Source: a virus
DNA length: 64,000 bases
IMG/VR virus record: IMGVR_UViG_3300034101_001153
Location: 1 to 64,000 of that record
Reading direction: 5' to 3' (one strand)
Shown: positions 1-6,535 of the stretch, piece by piece
Position numbering within the stretch: position 1 is the first letter of the stretch
Layout: each line of letters begins with the position of its first letter
Translations under genes and position numbers: made by a program
The notes under the pieces: model-generated
Database searches by the model: none
The model's input: only the letters and a program-made list of their open reading frames with translations
What the model was told of the DNA's origin: nothing

Positions 1-2
1 CT

Positions 3-203
3 TGGTCTGGCGATCTTGGCTGGGGTGTTACTGTGAACTACCTTGCAGACAACGAGCATAAGGTTCCTGTGTATGACTTTGCACTCCGCGAGGTAACTCT
101 CTATGACTATGATTGGAAGTCGGGAGTGCTGACTGATATGATTGTCACGTTCTCGCTGAACGAGTTCATCCGTAAGTACGCTAAGACCTTGGTGGAGGTG
201 TGA
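3..203 (+). CDS. hypothetical protein, 5'-truncated by window edge
   Basis: Open frame WSGDLGWGVTVNYLAD...KTLVEV* whose TGA overlaps the GTG of the next gene (GTGA). Confidence 0.7.
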   Translation, partial: WSGDLGWGVTVNYLADNEHKVPVYDFALREVTLYDYDWKSGVLTDMIVTFSLNEFIRKYAKTLVEV

Positions 204-649
204 CAATGATTGACCCTAGCATGACTGACATTCATCCTTACCCGCCAACTATGCAGGAGTTGGAGCAGAGGGTGGGTCAATCGTATACAGAGATTAAACG
301 TCTGACTTCAGAGTTGGAGACTATCACTACCGACCGTGATTTCTGGCAGGCCAAGGCTCATGAGCGGCAGTTGATGATTGACAACCTTGAGGAATACGTC
401 AAGGATCAGTATGACTACATTGATGAGAATATCTCTCAGAGTCTTGTCGATATCTTTGGTTTCAATATCACCAAGGACTACGATGTGACAATTACCGTAA
501 CGTTCTCTGGTGTTGTTACTGCACCGCTTAATTTCGATATGGATGATCTTGAGAACCATCTGAATGCCAGCCTTGACGCATCCTACTACGGAGATGTAGA
601 GGCAGACTTCTCAGAGGATCGCATGGAGATTGACTGGTCTGAGAGTTAG
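200..649 (+). CDS. hypothetical early protein (coiled-coil N-terminus, acidic C-terminus)
   Basis: 149-aa ORF with GGAGG upstream, coupled to the previous gene. Confidence 0.75.
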   Translation: MTMIDPSMTDIHPYPPTMQELEQRVGQSYTEIKRLTSELETITTDRDFWQAKAHERQLMIDNLEEYVKDQYDYIDENISQSLVDIFGFNITKDYDVTITVTFSGVVTAPLNFDMDDLENHLNASLDASYYGDVEADFSEDRMEIDWSES

Positions 650-656
650 TAAGGCC

Positions 657-729
657 GCTCCCATCGTCTAGAGGCCAAGGACGCCGCCCTTTCAAGGCGG
701 TAGCACGGGTTCGAATCCCGTTGGGAGTA
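657..729 (+). tRNA. tRNA-Glu(TTC)
   Basis: Acceptor GCTCCCA/TGGGAGT, anticodon arm CCGCC-CT TTC AA-GGCGG, T-loop GGTTCGAATCC; CCA not encoded. Confidence 0.95.
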
Positions 730-731
730 CT

Positions 732-781
732 GGGAGGGATGACTGAGACTGGACTCCAGTTGTCCCTCTCTTTATTTATTT
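732..781 (+). terminator. intrinsic terminator
   Basis: GGGAGGGATGACTG...CAGTTGTCCCTCTC stem followed by TTTATTTATTT. Confidence 0.7.
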
Positions 782-788
782 AGACACG

Positions 789-817
789 CCCGGCCCGCAA
801 GACTTAGTTTTGTCAAG
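789..817 (-). repeat. motif A copy 1: CTTGACA-N13-CGGGCCGGG
   Basis: Same spacing as the copies at 2130-2158 and 5640-5668. Confidence 0.8.
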
Positions 818-820
818 TGT

Positions 821-850
821 TTACGACGATCATTTTAAAATCACGGAAAT
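821..850 (+). repeat. motif B copy: TTACGA-N13-ATCACGGAAAT
   Basis: Recurs at 2185, 2195, 5697, 5762, 6009 and 6127. Confidence 0.8.
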
Positions 851-889
851 GTTTATCGAAAATTGATATAAATAATCTGCTAGATATTC

Positions 890-918
890 TTGAGACTGTC
901 AGACCTAGGGTGTATAGT
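890..918 (+). promoter_or_regulatory. sigma-A-type early promoter
   Basis: TTGAGA-N17-TATAGT; spacer TGTCAGACC resembles TGTCATACC in the promoter at 2228-2256. Confidence 0.65.
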
Positions 919-952
919 TCTTCTATAAGTTCAATCAACTAAGGAGAATCAC

Positions 953-1948
953 ATGGCACACGCAGTAGAGGTTGGCGCAAACGGCGAGCAGGCTTTCGCT
1001 TCCTTCCGCGAACCAGCATGGCACGGTCTTGGCACCGTATTCTTTGAGGAGAAGTCCACCCAGGAGATGCTGGATGCGGCTTACCTGTCCAACTGGAACG
1101 TTCGCCTGGAGGCCGTTCCTTACCCTTCCACCTACAATGTCATCACACCTTCCTACATGGTCCTTCGTGACAATCCCTTCGACCAGGGTACTGATGTTCT
1201 CGCCACCGTTGGTGAGCGTTACCACGTTCTTCAGAACGAGGATCTTTTCGACTTTGGCGATGCGCTGCTTGACGGTGGTCGCTGGGAGACTGCTGGCTCT
1301 ATTCGTCAGGGTCGCGTTGTGTTCGGTTCGCTTGCGCTTGAGCGTGAGACTGTCCTTGATCCCAACGGCGTTTCGGATGTTGTGAAGTCTTACCTTCTCG
1401 TCCACACCTCGCATGACGGTTCTACCGCTGTGCAGGCTTCCATCACTCCCGTCCGCGTTGTGTGCCAGAACACTCTGAACATGGCTCTTCAGGGTGTGAA
1501 GCAGTCCTTCAAGATTCGTCACACGCAGACTGTGGGCGGTAAAGTTCTGGCTGCACGCGAGGCTCTTGCTCTCGCAAACACCTACCTGGACGAGTTCGAC
1601 AAGGAGGCTCAGGCTCTCATCACCAAGGAGATCACCAAGGCTAAGTTCGATGCCATTCTTGAGGCTGTCTACCCGCGTCCCGACAAGGATGCCAAGGGTG
1701 CCGTCAAGAAGTGGGAGACTAAGGTCGATCTGCTGGAGGAGATTTACTCTTCCGATACCACCAACATGATCGCAGGCACCGCGTGGGGTGCGTTCAATGC
1801 TCTCACGGAGCGTCTGGACTGGTTCCGCAAGGGTCGCGGCGAGCGTGGTGCTGAGAATGTTGCAGCAGCCGCTAGTGGTTTCGATCCTGTCACCAATGCG
1901 GAGAAGGGTCGTATCCTGAGGGCGGTCAAGGAGATCGCTTTCGCGTAA
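953..1948 (+). CDS. DUF932 / LGT_TIGR03299 family phage protein
   Basis: REPAWHGLG, ETAGSIRQGRVVF, SHDGS, TPVRVVCQNTL, TAWGAFNALTE motifs; AAGGAG RBS. Confidence 0.9.
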   Translation: MAHAVEVGANGEQAFASFREPAWHGLGTVFFEEKSTQEMLDAAYLSNWNVRLEAVPYPSTYNVITPSYMVLRDNPFDQGTDVLATVGERYHVLQNEDLFDFGDALLDGGRWETAGSIRQGRVVFGSLALERETVLDPNGVSDVVKSYLLVHTSHDGSTAVQASITPVRVVCQNTLNMALQGVKQSFKIRHTQTVGGKVLAAREALALANTYLDEFDKEAQALITKEITKAKFDAILEAVYPRPDKDAKGAVKKWETKVDLLEEIYSSDTTNMIAGTAWGAFNALTERLDWFRKGRGERGAENVAAAASGFDPVTNAEKGRILRAVKEIAFA

Positions 1949-1952
1949 TCAA

Positions 1953-1980
1953 ACATCCTGGGTATGATGTAAAACTGCCT
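1953..1980 (+). ncRNA. compact H-type pseudoknot candidate
   Basis: ACATC(1953-57)/GATGT(1966-70) and GGGTA(1960-64)/TGCCT(1976-80). Confidence 0.45.
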
Positions 1981-1984
1981 GCAC

Positions 1985-2052
1985 GCCACCCGCGCTGGGC
2001 GCAGACGAGATTCCAACCCTTGTCGTGCAGAGTTCGATTCTTTGGGGTGGTG
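1985..2052 (+). tRNA. atypical tRNA-Trp(CCA)-like gene with minimal D-arm
   Basis: Acceptor GCCACCC/GGGTGGT + G73, D-arm GCGC-TGG-GCGC, extended anticodon stem around TT CCA AC, T-arm CAGAG-TTCGATT-CTTTG. Confidence 0.65.
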
Positions 2053-2056
2053 CTTG

Positions 2057-2129
2057 GCACTTGTAGAGTAGCGGTTATCTCGCCACCCTGTCACGGTGGA
2101 GATCGTGGGTTCGAATCCCATCAGGTGCG
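2057..2129 (+). tRNA. tRNA-Asp(GTC)
   Basis: Acceptor GCACTTG/CAGGTGC, anticodon arm CCACC-CT GTC AC-GGTGG, GGTTCGAATCC. Confidence 0.95.
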
Positions 2130-2158
2130 CTTGACAAATCCAATAAAATCGGGCCGGG
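2130..2158 (+). repeat. motif A copy 2: CTTGACA-N13-CGGGCCGGG
   Basis: Exact 13-nt spacer, as in the other two copies. Confidence 0.8.
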
Positions 2159-2184
2159 CCGCAATTATTTATTCTATTACTCAT

Positions 2185-2224
2185 TTACGATGCATTACGA
2201 CGATTCACTGAAATTCACTGAAAT
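2185..2224 (+). repeat. two interleaved motif B copies offset by 10 bp
   Basis: TTACGA(2185)-N13-TTCACTGAAAT and TTACGA(2195)-N13-TTCACTGAAAT. Confidence 0.8.
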
Positions 2225-2227
2225 TCC

Positions 2228-2256
2228 TTGTCATTGTCATACCCCTATGGTAGCGT
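2228..2256 (+). promoter_or_regulatory. sigma-A-type early promoter
   Basis: TTGTCA-N17-TAGCGT with extended TG, upstream of the small-ORF operon. Confidence 0.55.
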
Positions 2257-2279
2257 AGTAATACACAGAGAGGATGGAT

Positions 2280-2453
2280 ATGCCATATACACAGACTATT
2301 ATTCTACATATTACGCTTCCTGACGACCAGCCGAATCCTAAGTCGTGGGAGTGGGATGCTGAGTTGGACTTGCATCTTGTAGATGCCATTAGTGATAATG
2401 AGTTTGTCCTAGAGGATTGGCTTCTTGTCGATCAGAATGAGAGTGATGAATGA
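2280..2453 (+). CDS. small acidic hypothetical protein (57 aa, not in ORF track)
   Basis: MPYTQTIILHITLPDDQPNPKSWEWD...NESDE*; GAGG RBS; stop overlaps the next start. Confidence 0.7.
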   Translation: MPYTQTIILHITLPDDQPNPKSWEWDAELDLHLVDAISDNEFVLEDWLLVDQNESDE

Positions 2454-2623
2454 TGGACCCTAATATTGTTCTCAACCGCCTCCGCGATATCTTGACCCAA
2501 TGGGAGGAGTGGGGTACGCTAGAGGTAGATGCAGAATCTGCTATGTATGAGATTGTTGATCTCTTTCATGACCTTGACGACTGGCTATCTCAGGGTGGCT
2601 TCCGACCCAACGATTGGAGTTAG
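2453..2623 (+). CDS. small actinophage-type hypothetical protein (56 aa)
   Basis: MDPNIVL...DLDDWLSQGGFRPNDWS*; the MDPN...LD.WLS.GGF.P..W pattern is familiar from actinophage early proteins. Confidence 0.75.
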   Translation: MDPNIVLNRLRDILTQWEEWGTLEVDAESAMYEIVDLFHDLDDWLSQGGFRPNDWS

Positions 2624-2625
2624 TA

Positions 2626-2853
2626 ATGGCAACCATCACATTCTCAGTAGAACTTATCTACGAGGGAACTGGTCACTTTATGGATTTTGAGTATGACTAT
2701 GAGACTTGGGATGATATGACCCAAGAGGAGTTGGAAGCATTGGCTGACGATCTTGCTACTGGTCGTGATCCTGAGTTGTATAACGAGATCATGAATAACA
2801 TTTCTATTGTCCCCCGCCTTATTAGCATTGAGGATACTGATGAATCTGAGTAA
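2626..2853 (+). CDS. very acidic hypothetical protein
   Basis: ATG at 2626 after GGAG; about 21 D/E against 2 R and no K in 75 aa. Confidence 0.75.
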   Translation: MATITFSVELIYEGTGHFMDFEYDYETWDDMTQEELEALADDLATGRDPELYNEIMNNISIVPRLISIEDTDESE

Positions 2854-3142
2854 TGCTGAGCCTGGATGCTACATTGACGGCTCCCACCGCTCCAACTTTG
2901 ATTTCATGTGCATGGTCATCGAAATGGCAGAGTCATATGGGTTTGAGATGGACTTTGATCAGTTTGTCAGGGATGTGGAGGGTATTCGTAATGATTTCTT
3001 CACAGATGATGATATCTATGACATTATGGATTCTATTGACTGGACCTATGATGATGCGCTAGACTATCTCAATACCAATACCCGCGACGGGTTTTACTGG
3101 GAAGTTATAGATCAGAGTCTATATCTTGTGGAGGAAGAGTGA
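2840..3142 (+). CDS. acidic hypothetical protein
   Basis: MNLSNAEPGCYIDGSH...; GAGGA RBS before ATG 2840. Confidence 0.75.
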   Translation: MNLSNAEPGCYIDGSHRSNFDFMCMVIEMAESYGFEMDFDQFVRDVEGIRNDFFTDDDIYDIMDSIDWTYDDALDYLNTNTRDGFYWEVIDQSLYLVEEE

Positions 3143-3285
3143 AGCACACATTCATTGTCACAGTAGAATGCGAGAAATATACTGATTCGCATATTGTAAT
3201 GGCGAACCGTTTGGACTATGATGAGGACTACGGTTTCCCATATACCGTCGAATGGCGAGACACGCCCCTTAGGTTGGAGGACTAA
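3139..3285 (+). CDS. small hypothetical protein (48 aa)
   Basis: GTG start with GGAGG; MKHTFIVTVEC...DYDEDYGFPYTVEW; coupled at both ends. Confidence 0.7.
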   Translation: MKHTFIVTVECEKYTDSHIVMANRLDYDEDYGFPYTVEWRDTPLRLED

Positions 3286-3536
3286 TGCAGTTTCACTATG
3301 TTGTATTCTATGACACAGATACTCAGAAGTGGGGGGTAGAGTTTGATACCGCCGCCTACTTTGCAGATGGTAATATCTATGATGATGATTCTGCTACGCA
3401 GACTGGCTATGGCTGGTTTGCTGCTGGTGATGATACGCCTTTGGAGGCGGCACTTGATGAGTCTCTAGTTAGACTTCTTGGATACATTGTAGATACTTGG
3501 CCTGCTCCTGGGGAGGTGCAAGGTGCCAATGCCTGA
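3285..3536 (+). CDS. acidic hypothetical protein
   Basis: ORF track; TAATG coupling, GGAGG RBS. Confidence 0.75.
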   Translation: MQFHYVVFYDTDTQKWGVEFDTAAYFADGNIYDDDSATQTGYGWFAAGDDTPLEAALDESLVRLLGYIVDTWPAPGEVQGANA

Positions 3537-3720
3537 GCGTATCAACGCTATCAAGACTGTTACTTATGATGTTCCCGCCATTGTTGAGAGCCTAGAGCAG
3601 ATGGGCATGGAGGATATTGACTTTGACGTTGTGATGGAGTATATTCAGGAGTGGGTCTTTGAGGACTTTGGCGGGGACTCTGGAATTATCTTTCAGGATG
3701 AGAATGGGGAGGAACTATAA
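3523..3720 (+). CDS. acidic hypothetical protein
   Basis: ORF track; ends QDENGEEL. Confidence 0.75.
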   Translation: MPMPERINAIKTVTYDVPAIVESLEQMGMEDIDFDVVMEYIQEWVFEDFGGDSGIIFQDENGEEL

Positions 3721-3899
3721 TGCCTAAGTATAGAATTAGTTTTACTACTGAGGATTTGTGGAGGCTGGACGTAGAGGCTAATACCATTGACGAGGCTATG
3801 GAAAACTTCTATAATGGTGACTACACGCACGATATGGCGGTACTTACTGAGGGTGGCTATCTTCAGGAGTCCGTTAGTATCGAACCTATGGAGGGCTAA
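3720..3899 (+). CDS. hypothetical protein, paralogue of 4038-4217
   Basis: MPKYRISFTTEDLW...EGGYLQESVSIEPMEG*. Confidence 0.8.
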   Translation: MPKYRISFTTEDLWRLDVEANTIDEAMENFYNGDYTHDMAVLTEGGYLQESVSIEPMEG

Positions 3900-4045
3900 T
3901 GAAGTACGCAGTAGCATTTGGTAATGCTTTCGATGGTCATAATTTTTATGGCCCGTTCGATTCTAGTGATGAAGCCATTGACTATGGATCTAATCGTGAA
4001 GACGGCGACTGGTTTGTTATTCCATTGGAGGTTCCTCATGCCTAA
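3899..4045 (+). CDS. small hypothetical protein (48 aa)
   Basis: MKYAVAFGNAFDGHNFYGPFDSSDEAIDY...; TAATG coupling. Confidence 0.7.
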   Translation: MKYAVAFGNAFDGHNFYGPFDSSDEAIDYGSNREDGDWFVIPLEVPHA

Positions 4046-4217
4046 GTATAGAATTAGTTATCAGACCGAGGACTGGTGGGACTTGTTCGTAGAGGCATAC
4101 TCTATGGATGAGGTCCTTACCAAGTTTCACAATGGGGAATATGACCACAACAGGGCCACTCTAATAGAGGGCGGCTATCTGCAAGGTTCCGTTAGTGTCG
4201 ATCCTGTGGAGGACTAA
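4038..4217 (+). CDS. hypothetical protein, paralogue of 3720-3899
   Basis: MPKYRISYQTEDWW...EGGYLQGSVSVDPVED*; GGAGG RBS; real start is 4038, not 3918. Confidence 0.8.
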   Translation: MPKYRISYQTEDWWDLFVEAYSMDEVLTKFHNGEYDHNRATLIEGGYLQGSVSVDPVED

Positions 4218-4570
4218 TGACTAGCATCACCATGCACCTTACTGCTAACTTCTACCCGCCGATCCCTGCTGACATTCAGATGCGCGTGCAGGAGATTTTC
4301 GATGAGTTGGAGCGTGACTCAGGCCCATATATCATAGGCTTTGCAGACGTTCCAGAGAATTGGGACTACATGTATGATGATGAGTCTGTATTTGATCGAA
4401 CATATGAGTTGCCCAATGGTGCGGTGGTGACAGGTCGCTCTCTGTGTGATGATCTGCGTCTTTGGGATGCGCTATTCTGGGACTGCTCAGAGCCAGATGA
4501 GTTGTGGGCAGACTACGAGCGGGAGCAGAAAGAATATGCAGGCCAACTATCATTCTGGACGGCGGAGTAA
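4217..4570 (+). CDS. hypothetical protein
   Basis: ORF track; HLTANFYPPIP; coupled. Confidence 0.75.
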   Translation: MTSITMHLTANFYPPIPADIQMRVQEIFDELERDSGPYIIGFADVPENWDYMYDDESVFDRTYELPNGAVVTGRSLCDDLRLWDALFWDCSEPDELWADYEREQKEYAGQLSFWTAE

Positions 4571-4668
4571 TGGACAACTGTGATCGTTGCTATTCCTATG
4601 AGGAAGATGATATCCTTGCCATGAACAAAGGTATCTGCGAGTCGTGTAGAGTGGAGGAGATTGTCTAA
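4570..4668 (+). CDS. tiny CxxC..CxxC protein (32 aa)
   Basis: MDNCDRC...GICESCRVEEIV*; TAATG coupling at both ends. Confidence 0.6.
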   Translation: MDNCDRCYSYEEDDILAMNKGICESCRVEEIV

Positions 4669-4889
4669 TGTCTAATACAATCCATTTCTATGAGATTGAC
4701 GGTGGCCCATCAGGTATCTGGTGGGAGGGTAGGGTAGATGATGATGGTCCCTACATTGGTATGTTCGATAATCAGGTGGACCTAATGCGTATTGCTAGTA
4801 TTCTCAGTCTTGCTAATCATCCTATCCGCTTTCACACACAGGCTGAGTATGAGTTGGATTCTATGCTAGAGGAGATTCTAGGAGGATGA
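4668..4889 (+). CDS. hypothetical protein
   Basis: ORF track; GGAGGAG RBS. Confidence 0.7.
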   Translation: MSNTIHFYEIDGGPSGIWWEGRVDDDGPYIGMFDNQVDLMRIASILSLANHPIRFHTQAEYELDSMLEEILGG

Positions 4890-5050
4890 TAGGTAGATCA
4901 TATAGTATCGGAAGGCGTGTAGAACGTCATACTGGTGGCGGTGGTCGTATGAAACCAACCAACTTCTCTGAAACAGTATTTGGTATCTTTATGCTACTTG
5001 CTATCCTATTTATTCTTGGTTCATGCATTGCTCCGTTTGTAGGTGATTAG
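4886..5050 (+). CDS. small membrane protein (54 aa)
   Basis: MIGRSYSIGRR...FGIFMLLAILFILGSCIAPFVGD*; AGGAGG RBS. Confidence 0.65.
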   Translation: MIGRSYSIGRRVERHTGGGGRMKPTNFSETVFGIFMLLAILFILGSCIAPFVGD

Positions 5051-5398
5051 ATGAATAAAAGAGATTATCTTAGAAGTCTTGGTTTTGAGGTCGGTGAGCG
5101 AGGCAGGCTATCTGCTGAGATGCTAGAGGCTCTTAAAGACTTTTATGAAGATGCTACACAAAATAATAAACCACAGAGGAAGATTCTTCCTGCATCTGTC
5201 AAGATGCGAGATGATAGAACCTACATGGTGGAGTTGCAAGATGGTGGCAGAGTAGAAATGGGATTCTGTTCATCTTGTAAAGAATCTATGCTCTACTGTC
5301 ATTGCGACGGTGGCCCAAAACCACCCTCGTACCTTGACTCTCCCATAATAAACTGGTATCCTGTAACTTCCCATAAGGAGGAACATGCTAGAGGATAA
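5051..5398 (+). CDS. Lsr2-like DNA-binding domain protein with C-terminal Cys cluster
   Basis: RDYLRSLGFEVGERGRLSAEMLEA resembles the Lsr2 AT-hook-like RGR domain; CSSC...CHC. Confidence 0.7.
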   Translation: MNKRDYLRSLGFEVGERGRLSAEMLEALKDFYEDATQNNKPQRKILPASVKMRDDRTYMVELQDGGRVEMGFCSSCKESMLYCHCDGGPKPPSYLDSPIINWYPVTSHKEEHARG

Positions 5399-5603
5399 GA
5401 TAGCACGCAAAATGGCAGACATGTTCTCAGATAGTAGAATCAACGTCTACGTCTTAGCGGCTATGACACGTAGGTATCTATCTCCACATATGAATAGAGT
5501 TCTACAAGAATGGTGGGACTTGCATACAGCAGATGCCAGCACGTATGTCGATAGTGGACAGAGGCAACTGTTTGATGTTGGAGCGTATGACGTTCATCCA
5601 TAG
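5385..5603 (+). CDS. hypothetical protein
   Basis: ORF track; AAGGAGG RBS. Confidence 0.7.
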   Translation: MLEDKIARKMADMFSDSRINVYVLAAMTRRYLSPHMNRVLQEWWDLHTADASTYVDSGQRQLFDVGAYDVHP

Positions 5604-5607
5604 TTGA

Positions 5608-5635
5608 TGTGGGGGCGGTGAAAATCGCCCCCACA
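5608..5635. terminator. GC-rich hairpin ending the early operon
   Basis: TGTGGGGGCGGT-GAAA-ATCGCCCCCACA. Confidence 0.7.
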
Positions 5636-5639
5636 AATA

Positions 5640-5668
5640 CTTGACATGGGCACGTTTGGCGTGCCGGG
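5640..5668 (+). repeat. motif A copy 3: CTTGACA-N13-CGTGCCGGG
   Basis: Exact 13-nt spacer, one substitution. Confidence 0.75.
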
Positions 5669-6268
5669 TTTTCCACAAGTTATCCACAGGTGGGTATTAA
5701 GAACCAAATAAAAAATCTCACTGAAATTCCGGGACAACTTAAAAATATAATTTAATAGACATTACGAACGTGTGAAAAAAATCACTGGAAAAGAAAGGCT
5801 TCAAGGAAATGATTGAGTTCCTCTTAGTGTTTATAGGTATAGCGCTATTGTTGTCAATGATGCAACCACCACCGCCCCGCAAATAGCGGCGGCGGTAGGG
5901 AAAACTCCTATCAATATATCCCCCTATAATATATATACAAATATCCCTAGATTGTCAGAACTTTTCTGACTTTTTCCGGGATATTTTGTTATTTTTCTAG
6001 AAAAAACATTACGAACCCAACAAAAAAAATCACTGAAATTTGGGGGGAATTTCCCTATGTGTGGATATCCTGTGGATATCTCTGGCATATGTTATAAAAA
6101 TGTTATAGAAAATACTTGAAAAAGTATTACGAAGGGGTGTGATATATCACTCCATATCTCAATATAATAACATTTTAATCTCAATATGTATCTATATTTA
6201 TAGACATATGTGTCTATTGACTCATATTGTGGACAACCTGTGGATAACTTTGATACCCTTGTGGATAA
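5669..6268. promoter_or_regulatory. cluster of seven DnaA-box-like 9-mers interleaved with motif B copies
   Basis: TTTTCCACA 5669, TTATCCACA 5680 (+); TGTGGATAT 6060 and 6071, TGTGGACAA 6228, TGTGGATAA 6239 and 6260 (-); motif B at 5697, 5762, 6009, 6127. Confidence 0.8.
5809..5886 (+). CDS. possible 25-aa membrane peptide
   Basis: AAGGA then MIEFLLVFIGIALLLSMMQPPPPRK*. Confidence 0.35.
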   Translation: MIEFLLVFIGIALLLSMMQPPPPRK

Positions 6269-6535
6269 CCTGTCATCCTATTACGTGCAAATGATAGTGT
6301 TCATTGTGTGATCTTTAAGACTACTCTGTGTCAGAGAAATACTCTTCATACTCACACACCATACACTTTCTTCCTATCTCTTCTATTATTCCTTTATAGA
6401 GTATTTCTTCTATAGGGAGAAGGATATGTTCTCCTGTACCACCGCCCGAACAGGGACTGTCGCTTATCATAAATCCTCCTAGGTAAATAGAAACGGCTGC
6501 CGTAGCAGCCGCTCTATATGGTAAAAATTTGTTGC

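Noticed and set aside
935-2211. Alternative-frame ORFs (935-1522, 972-1385, 1566-1769, 1744-2184, 2020-2211)
   Set aside because: Shadows of the GC-rich DUF932 gene and of the tRNA genes.
5690-6304. Motif B repeats as a CRISPR or iteron array
   Set aside because: Conserved parts are only 6 + ~11 nt with irregular distances between copies; there is no constant repeat-spacer period.
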